Shown: positions 42,305-47,663 of the stretch, one piece after another
How positions within the stretch are numbered: the stretch's first letter is position 1
How the letters are laid out: each line of letters opens with the position of its first letter
Assembly: GCA_016182295.1 (NCBI GenBank)
Contig: JACOXP010000008.1
Coordinates: 1 to 47,663 of the forward strand
Source of the DNA: Candidatus Harrisonbacteria bacterium
GTDB lineage: Bacteria > Patescibacteriota > Minisyncoccia > UBA6257 > WO2-44-18
DNA length: 47,663 nucleotides
Direction of reading: 5' to 3'
The notes under the pieces: generated by a model
What the model saw: the letters and a program-made list of their open reading frames with translations, nothing else
Told to the model about the DNA's origin: nothing
Database searches by the model: none
Made by a program: the position numbers and the translations under genes

Positions 42305-44437
42305 ATGAAAGAGCTTCCATCCGCTTACGATCCGAAATCCACCGAAAGCCGAATTTATGAGCTTTGGGAGAAATCGGGATATTTTAACCCTAATAATTTA
42401 AAAAAAACCAAGAAGCCGTTTTCCATTCAGTTGCCGCCGCCCAATGTGACCGGATCGCTTCACATGGGTCACGCCTTAAACGCTACCATCAGCGATATTT
42501 TAATTCGTTGGCACCGAGCGCGAGGATATAAAGCCGTCTGGTTTCCCGGCACTGATCATGCCGGTATCGCCACCCAGAACGTTGTTGAGAAACAACTTAA
42601 GAAGGAAGGCAAAAGTCGTTTTGACCTTGGTAGAGAAAAGTTTATTGAGCGTGTTTGGGAATGGAAAAATCAGTACGGCAACATCATTATCGACCAGCTT
42701 AAAAAACTAGGCGCTTCCTGCGATTGGTCGCGGTTGCGTTTCACCATGGACCCGCAATACGCTGAATGGGTTAAGAGAGCGTTTAGTCATTACTACGAAA
42801 AAGGATTGATTTACCGCGGCAAACGGGTGATCAGCTGGTGCGTTAGATGCCAGACCTCGCTTTCGGATTTGGAAATTGAATACCAACCAGAGAAGGCCAA
42901 GCTCTACTATATAAAGTACCCCGTTGGCGATTCCTACATAACGGTAGCAACTACCAGACCGGAGACAATGCTTGGCGATGCCGCGGTGGCCGTTAACCCA
43001 GAAGACAAACGTTATAAAAATTTCATCGGCAAAAAAGCAACGTTGCCGATTCAGAATCGGGAAATTCCGATTGTCGCCGACGAAGCGGTGGAAATGGAAT
43101 TTGGCACCGGCGCTGTCAAAGTGACGCCGGCTCATGATATGCTGGACGCCGAAATTGGCGAGCGTCACAAACTTCCCCAACGTCAAGTAATAAATGAACG
43201 TGGGAAAATGACCGCCGAGGCCGGAAAAGAATTCGCGGGTTTGAAAGTTTTGGAAGCTCGCGAAAAAGTAATCGAAAAATTAAAAGCCCTCGGCCTGATT
43301 GAAAAAACGGAAGAACTCGATCACAACTTGGCTGTTTGCTATCGCTGCGGCGGCACGATCGAGCCGCTTTTGAGCGATCAATGGTTTTTGAAAATGGGCG
43401 AGCTTGCCAAAAAAACTCTCAAAGCGGTAAAATCTGGAAAAACCAAAATAATTCCCAAGAATTTTGAAAAATTATTATTTCAATGGCTTAATCCGTCAAC
43501 CGGCGAGATAAAAGATTGGTGCATTTCTCGCCAGATTTGGTGGGGACATCGTTTGCCGGTTTGGTTCCATGAACCGAAATGCGTTCCTAAAAAAGGACAT
43601 GAGGGAGACGTCGTTAAGTGCAAAGATATGGTAGTGGCCGCCGAAGCTTCCGTTTGCGAACACTGCGACGCCAAATTTATTCAATCTGAAGATGTTTTGG
43701 ATACCTGGTTTTCTTCGGCGTTGTGGCCCTTCGCCGGTCTTTCTGAAAAAGACCAAAAAGATTTTTATCCTTCAAATGTTTTGATTACCGCCCGTGACAT
43801 TATCAATTTATGGGTGGCGAGGATGATTTTTTCCGGATTGGAATTTAAAGGGAAAGTTCCGTTTCCGGAAGCGCTGATTCACGCGACTATTTTAACCAAA
43901 GAAGGAAAAAGAATGTCTAAGAGCTTAGGAACGGGGATTGACCCGTTGATGCTTATAGACAAGTACGGCGCTGACGCCACCCGTTTCGGCATTGTCTGGC
44001 AGGCGATGGGCAATCAAGATATTCACTGGGATGAGACCGCCGCGCAGGCCGGAAAGAAGTTCGCCAACAAATTATGGAATATAGCCAGATTTATCCAGGG
44101 ACGGACGGAGATTTTTGATAAGACCCCCGAAACAAAAAACCTCGAAGATTTAAATATCTTAAAAAAGCTGAAAGCGCTTCAAAAATCCACGGATAAAAAA
44201 ATTCAGAATTACGAATTCGGGCAAGCGTTGCACGAGATTTATGACTTTGTCTGGCATGACTTGGCCGATAAATACATCGAACACGCCAAATCCCGCGAAG
44301 ATGAAAATGCTAAAATTACTTTAGGGTTCATATTGGGCGAAACGCTGAAACTGCTTCACCCATTTATGCCATTTGTCACCGAAGAGCTTTGGCAGCAAAT
44401 CATTGGCAAAAATTTGCTCTTGGTGAACGGCGAATAA
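42305..44437 (+). CDS. valS: Valyl-tRNA synthetase, short form without the C-terminal coiled-coil
   Basis: 710 aa from ATG 42305. PPPNVTGSLHMGHAL, editing-domain TTRPETMLGD and GTGAVKVTPAHD, KMSKSLGT. It ends soon after the anticodon-binding helices. Confidence 0.9.
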   Translation: MKELPSAYDPKSTESRIYELWEKSGYFNPNNLKKTKKPFSIQLPPPNVTGSLHMGHALNATISDILIRWHRARGYKAVWFPGTDHAGIATQNVVEKQLKKEGKSRFDLGREKFIERVWEWKNQYGNIIIDQLKKLGASCDWSRLRFTMDPQYAEWVKRAFSHYYEKGLIYRGKRVISWCVRCQTSLSDLEIEYQPEKAKLYYIKYPVGDSYITVATTRPETMLGDAAVAVNPEDKRYKNFIGKKATLPIQNREIPIVADEAVEMEFGTGAVKVTPAHDMLDAEIGERHKLPQRQVINERGKMTAEAGKEFAGLKVLEAREKVIEKLKALGLIEKTEELDHNLAVCYRCGGTIEPLLSDQWFLKMGELAKKTLKAVKSGKTKIIPKNFEKLLFQWLNPSTGEIKDWCISRQIWWGHRLPVWFHEPKCVPKKGHEGDVVKCKDMVVAAEASVCEHCDAKFIQSEDVLDTWFSSALWPFAGLSEKDQKDFYPSNVLITARDIINLWVARMIFSGLEFKGKVPFPEALIHATILTKEGKRMSKSLGTGIDPLMLIDKYGADATRFGIVWQAMGNQDIHWDETAAQAGKKFANKLWNIARFIQGRTEIFDKTPETKNLEDLNILKKLKALQKSTDKKIQNYEFGQALHEIYDFVWHDLADKYIEHAKSREDENAKITLGFILGETLKLLHPFMPFVTEELWQQIIGKNLLLVNGE

Positions 44438-45123
44438 TGCTTCTGACAAACCTTTTTTTAATCGGTCTCGGACTTCTGCCCGGATTGGTCTGGCTCATTT
44501 TTTATTTGAGGGAAGACACTCGCCATCCCGAACCGCGAAAGCTGATTTTTTACACCTTTCTTGCCGGCGCCTTGGTTACTGTTTTCGTACTTCAGTTTCA
44601 ATATCAAATTCATTTGGGCATCACCTCCGGCGGATTGCATCCTTATGGAATAGTTTCTTTTCTCTTTCTCGCGGTCGTTGAAGAAGTTTTTAAATTTCTG
44701 GCCGTTTATCTGGTGGTCAGTAGAAGAAAAGAATTCGACGAGCCGATCGACGCCATGATTTATATGGTTGTCGCCGCTCTTGGATTTGCCACAGTTGAGA
44801 ATGTCGCTTCGGTTTTCAACGCCGGCGGAGTTTTCCCCAGCCCCGGGCCGATCGAGACCACTATTTTGCGTTTTGTCGGCGCCACCTTGCTTCACACTCT
44901 TTCTTCCGGTTTGGTCGGTTATTATTGGGGAAAAGCTCTGGCGAAGGGAAAGAAGCCCTTAAAAGCTATCGCTGGCGGCCTGTTGTTAGCAACTTTATTG
45001 CATGCCTTTTTCAACTTCCTTATAATTAGATCAGAGCCCATCGCGCTCCCGTTGATCTTCCTTCTCTTTTTCGCGCTGTTTGTCTTAAGCGATTTTGAGA
45101 AGTTGAAGCGCGTTTCACCATAG
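44437..45123 (+). CDS. prsW: PrsW-family intramembrane metalloprotease
   Basis: 228 aa from ATG 44437 (TAATG overlap with valS). FYLREDTRHPEP, EEVFKFLAV, GFATVENV, HTLSSGLVGY. Confidence 0.8.
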   Translation: MLLTNLFLIGLGLLPGLVWLIFYLREDTRHPEPRKLIFYTFLAGALVTVFVLQFQYQIHLGITSGGLHPYGIVSFLFLAVVEEVFKFLAVYLVVSRRKEFDEPIDAMIYMVVAALGFATVENVASVFNAGGVFPSPGPIETTILRFVGATLLHTLSSGLVGYYWGKALAKGKKPLKAIAGGLLLATLLHAFFNFLIIRSEPIALPLIFLLFFALFVLSDFEKLKRVSP

Positions 45124-45125
45124 CT

Positions 45126-45605
45126 ATGGAAAATTTAAATTTAGAAAACGAGGAAGAAAAAAAATTAGAAACCGATCAGGGATTCGAGCCCGATGTTGAA
45201 TTAGTCAAATCCGACGGCTCGGCTTTGAAAACCAAAAAACACGACGTCGAAGAAGATTTTTTTGACGACACCGAAGGCCAGCTTATGGTTGATCTTTATC
45301 AAACTCCGGATGAAATAATTTTGGAAACACCGGTAGCGGGAGTGAAGCCGGAGGATCTGGACATCGCCATTACTAATGAATCAGTAACCATTAAGGGAAA
45401 AAGAGAAAAAGAACGGCGCGTGAAAGACGAAGATTATTTTTACCAAGAATGTTATTGGGGCCGTTTTTCCAGATCGATTGTTTTGCCGCAGGAAGTTGAC
45501 GCCGAAAAAGCCGAAGCCGCCATTAAAGCTGGCGTGCTGACTATCAAATTGCCCAAACTCAATCGTCAAAGAACCAAAAAAATCAGGATCCGTTACGAAG
45601 AATAA
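45126..45605 (+). CDS. Hsp20/alpha-crystallin small heat-shock protein
   Basis: 159 aa. Alpha-crystallin core DLYQTPDEIILETPVAGVKPEDLDI...GVLTIKLPK. Confidence 0.85.
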   Translation: MENLNLENEEEKKLETDQGFEPDVELVKSDGSALKTKKHDVEEDFFDDTEGQLMVDLYQTPDEIILETPVAGVKPEDLDIAITNESVTIKGKREKERRVKDEDYFYQECYWGRFSRSIVLPQEVDAEKAEAAIKAGVLTIKLPKLNRQRTKKIRIRYEE

Positions 45606-45630
45606 AAAATCCCGATTTGTGAAATCGGGA
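45603..45630 (-). terminator. Terminator of the first small minus-strand gene; abuts the hsp20 stop
   Basis: The minus strand reads TCCCGATTT-CAC-AAATCGGGA followed by TTTTTTATT. Confidence 0.65.
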
Positions 45631-45641
45631 AGCATAGCAGT

Positions 45642-45902
45642 TTAATCACCGCAATGCTTTTCAACTACTGCCTTAATAACGGGGTAATCTTCCGGCTTGT
45701 ACGACGCGGGCACACTGTAATGATAAGTGTTTTTTTTCGGATGATAGGCCAAATCCATAATTGCCAAACCGCGCCAGGCTAGTTCCGTATTGATCTCGGT
45801 TTTTATCATCCTCAGCCTTCTTTCTAACTCAGTTCGTTCCGAGATTTCCATGTCTGGGGTTAGGTTAAAAGATTGTACGATTCTGTGTTCCACTACGGTC
45901 AT
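45642..45902 (-). CDS. Hypothetical small protein (86 aa)
   Basis: ATG 45902 with AAGGAAA 7 nt upstream; the track's GTG 45992 lacks a Shine-Dalgarno sequence. No recognisable motif. Confidence 0.5.
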   Translation of the reverse strand: MTVVEHRIVQSFNLTPDMEISERTELERRLRMIKTEINTELAWRGLAIMDLAYHPKKNTYHYSVPASYKPEDYPVIKAVVEKHCGD

Positions 45903-46050
45903 AGACGTTTCCTTAATGGAAGAATCAAAATATGCTATTGCCAAGGTAGCAAATCCCCGCTTTCGCGTAAAGCTACGGCGGGCAAAGCCCACGGTTGGTT
46001 ATTGAAAAAGTAGAAGCGCTGTGCCCGTCCGTAGCTCGAAGAGCGAAGGA

Positions 46051-46096
46051 GGGTCATGGGAAATAAGGATAAAAAATAGCTAGCAATTGCTAGCTA
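46051..46096 (-). repeat. Copy 1 of the hairpin + T-run + CCCATGAC element
   Basis: Plus strand: GGGTCATGGGAAATAAGGATAAAAAA, then the perfect palindrome TAGCTAGCAATTGCTAGCTA, which overlaps the stop of the 46094-46426 gene. Confidence 0.65.
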
Positions 46097-46426
46097 CGAG
46101 ATGACTTTGACTGGCTCAACTTCAACCCAGTGATAATCAAGAACAGGTGTTGACGGAGGGGTTTTGTGGAGATGTTTACGGAAGTGATGCAACTGAATTT
46201 TTGGCCGTTCTTTGGCGGTAAAAAGAAACATACCCTGAAAAATAAATTTGCTTGGGTGTGCTAGTACGTAATTAAAAGCTTTTTCCAATGCTCCCCGTAA
46301 ATTTCCGGCTTCAACAAGCGGCATTTCCTCCGAGGCCAAATCTAAATAAGAATCGTAACTCTCGCCATCGTACTGGGGTTCTGTCCACTTCAAGTTATAA
46401 AAACGATGACTAGCTTTGAAAATCAT
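46094..46426 (-). CDS. Hypothetical small protein (110 aa)
   Basis: ATG 46426 with GGGGAG 8 nt upstream. The track's ATG 46507 lies inside the conserved repeat. No recognisable motif. Confidence 0.5.
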   Translation of the reverse strand: MIFKASHRFYNLKWTEPQYDGESYDSYLDLASEEMPLVEAGNLRGALEKAFNYVLAHPSKFIFQGMFLFTAKERPKIQLHHFRKHLHKTPPSTPVLDYHWVEVEPVKVIS

Positions 46427-46500
46427 TATTTTACTCCCCTCTGTAAAGGTTCTATTAACAGAATAACTAATCCCTGTGGGATAATCAACAAAGAATAGAA

Positions 46501-46545
46501 GTGTCATGGGTCATGAGGAATAGAAAAGAGCCGCGTTTGCGGCTC
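46501..46545 (-). repeat. Copy 2 of the hairpin + T-run + CCCATGAC element
   Basis: Plus strand: GTGTCATGGGTCATGAGGAATAGAAAA, then the hairpin GAGCCGC-GTTT-GCGGCTC, 12 nt after the stop of the 46557-46841 gene. Confidence 0.6.
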
Positions 46546-46556
46546 GAGCAAGGAGA

Positions 46557-46841
46557 TTATTGGCCGTAGCGACCGGTACCCGTTAGCCATTCAAGGTCAT
46601 CGCGAAGTTTGGCTTCATCTGCTTCTTTCTTGAACTGATCGTTGAATTGCTTGATTTTCTTCTTTGAGACCGGAGGATGAGTGGATGCGTAATTTCTCCG
46701 AAGCTCCTTGGCAGTTGCATCGGATAGATCGTTTACGATGGCATACATTGCATGATCACCGCCTGCGTCGCGATGCTGATTATAGTGTCCTTGCAAGAAA
46801 TTAAGATTCTTCAATTTCGCACAGTGTTGACATTTTGCCAT
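46557..46841 (-). CDS. Hypothetical small protein (94 aa), Cys/His-rich N-terminus
   Basis: GGAGGT lies 6 nt upstream of the ATG. The protein starts MAKCQHCAKLKNLNFLQGHYNQH. I recognise no family. Confidence 0.5.
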   Translation of the reverse strand: MAKCQHCAKLKNLNFLQGHYNQHRDAGGDHAMYAIVNDLSDATAKELRRNYASTHPPVSKKKIKQFNDQFKKEADEAKLRDDLEWLTGTGRYGQ

Positions 46842-46913
46842 GATATACCTCCAGTTGGTTGAAACGATCTATAGAAAAATTAACAGATCCGTGTGTATGG
46901 GTCAATAAGCAAC

Positions 46914-46969
46914 AAAAGTGTCATGGGAAATAAGAATAAAAAAAGCCCGACCCATCAAGAATCGGACTT
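46914..46969 (-). repeat. Copy 3 of the hairpin + T-run + CCCATGAC element
   Basis: Plus strand: AAAAGTGTCATGGGAAATAAGAATAAAAAAAGCCCGA-CCCATCAAGAA-TCGGACT. The flanks are identical to copy 0 at 125-163. Confidence 0.65.
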
Positions 46970-47055
46970 GGCGAAAAAATTATTTTTGGTTTTTCGTTCC
47001 GCATGAAATTTTTCTGGAGCTTGCGATGATAAATCCCTAGTGTTATAATTAAAAA

Positions 47056-47298
47056 ATGGTAAAAGTTACTTTGCCGGAAACTGAATATAAGCAGCTAAAG
47101 CGTCAGGCAGACGCCTATAAAAAAATGGCCACCAAATTATTTGAATTGGCCATTAAAGACCCCGTTGAAAATGTAGTTGAAGATTTTCGTAGAACCGATT
47201 TGTATACACAGGAATTTTTGAAAGATTTGGAATCTGGGCTGCAAAAATCTTCGTATATCAGAAATTATGGAAATAAAACCCCTGCGAAGCGATCTTAA
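47056..47298 (+). CDS. Putative antitoxin of a type II TA pair
   Basis: 80 aa. It overlaps the downstream RelE-like gene by 32 nt. TGTTATAAT sits 6 nt upstream of the ATG. The family is not recognised, so the call rests on context. Confidence 0.5.
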   Translation: MVKVTLPETEYKQLKRQADAYKKMATKLFELAIKDPVENVVEDFRRTDLYTQEFLKDLESGLQKSSYIRNYGNKTPAKRS

Positions 47299-47518
47299 AG
47301 CGTTTCTGCTTCGCCGCGGTTTAAAACAAAAGTGGGGGAAAGCTGAACAGTTCTTTAAACGAAGTATTCGCCACCCCTCGTTAAATGTAGAGTTAATGGA
47401 ACCGAAATGGCGGGGCATTTATTCCTTCCGAATAGATAAAAAATATCGAGCATTATTTTTTATTTCAGAAAACGTAGCAGAAGTGTTTCAAATTACAAAG
47501 CATTATCGGAAAAGTTAG
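47267..47518 (+). CDS. RelE/ParE-superfamily toxin (YoeB/RelE-like)
   Basis: 83 aa. ...PSLNVELMEPKWRGIYSFRIDKKYRALFFISENVAEVFQITKHY fits the RelE-fold C-terminal pattern (G.yS.RI...yR..f.......i..I..HY). Confidence 0.6.
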   Translation: MEIKPLRSDLKAFLLRRGLKQKWGKAEQFFKRSIRHPSLNVELMEPKWRGIYSFRIDKKYRALFFISENVAEVFQITKHYRKS

Positions 47519-47566
47519 ATTAGAAAAGCAGAATCCCAGCTTAATGGAAGCGGGAAAAAATATAAG

Positions 47567-47618
47567 AGATGTCATGGGGGATAAAAATAAAAAGGAGCGC
47601 CCCTTATTGAGACGCTCG
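47567..47618 (-). repeat. Copy 4 of the hairpin + T-run + CCCATGAC element
   Basis: Plus strand: GAGATGTCATGGGGGATAAAAATAAAAAG, then the hairpin GAGCG-CCCCTTATTGAGA-CGCTC. It probably terminates a minus-strand gene that ends near the right edge. Confidence 0.55.
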
Positions 47619-47663
47619 CGCACCAGATGTTTTACTTGGCGAGTGCATTTGCAAGTACTGTAA

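Noticed and set aside
47137-47418. Minus-strand 93-aa ORF antisense to the TA pair
   Set aside because: It overlaps both plus-strand TA genes, which have a recognisable RelE-like toxin signature and a promoter. Its translation is Arg/Phe/Ile-rich shadow sequence.

Overview
This 47.7-kb window looks like part of a streamlined bacterial genome. By inference from gene content and architecture it is CPR/Patescibacteria-like; it uses the standard code, with TGA as a stop. All calls rest on reading the ORF translations and the DNA by eye; no BLAST, HMM or folding software was run.

Housekeeping backbone:
- ileS, trpS, RNase J and a tRNA cluster (initiator-like CAU, Met-CAU, Leu-CAG) followed by a GIY-YIG gene
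- tpiA, a SIMPL-family protein, rmuC, nusA, a K+-independent-type H+-PPase, a short trigger factor and clpP
- tyrS, a tightly coupled thrA-asd-(shikimate-kinase-like)-thrC operon, and tmk
- tRNA-Gly, ftsH, tRNA-Ile(UAU), recG, a GT2 membrane glycosyltransferase, DoxX and a dual-specificity phosphatase
- a thioredoxin-DUF3179 fusion with ccdA, tRNA-Glu, tsaD, valS, prsW and hsp20

Three accessory patches interrupt this backbone:
- 17.4-21.4 kb: an orphan 353-aa protein, an ASCH gene, a lipoprotein and a GC-richer wHTH-NYN nuclease
- 29.1-31.7 kb: a secreted HExxH protein bracketed by ~180-nt inverted repeats beside tRNA-Gly, plus an HTH-LAGLIDADG gene
- 45.6-47.6 kb: a cassette-like array of small orphan genes and a RelE-type TA pair, each unit ending in a conserved hairpin/T-run/CCCATGAC element; a further copy lies at 125-180

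Most noteworthy observations:
1. A complete histidine-phosphatase domain is inserted in-frame inside IleRS.
2. A shikimate-kinase-family P-loop kinase occupies the homoserine-kinase slot of the thr operon.
3. A Thr-codon leader ORF plus a terminator abuts thrA.
4. The inverted-repeat-flanked metalloprotease cassette lies at tRNA-Gly.
5. The dispersed cassette-boundary element occurs in five copies.
6. tRNA-Ile carries a genomic UAU anticodon, and the initiator-like tRNA is atypical.
7. Many housekeeping genes appear leaderless: an extended -10 box or a tRNA 3' end sits 3-10 nt before the ATG.
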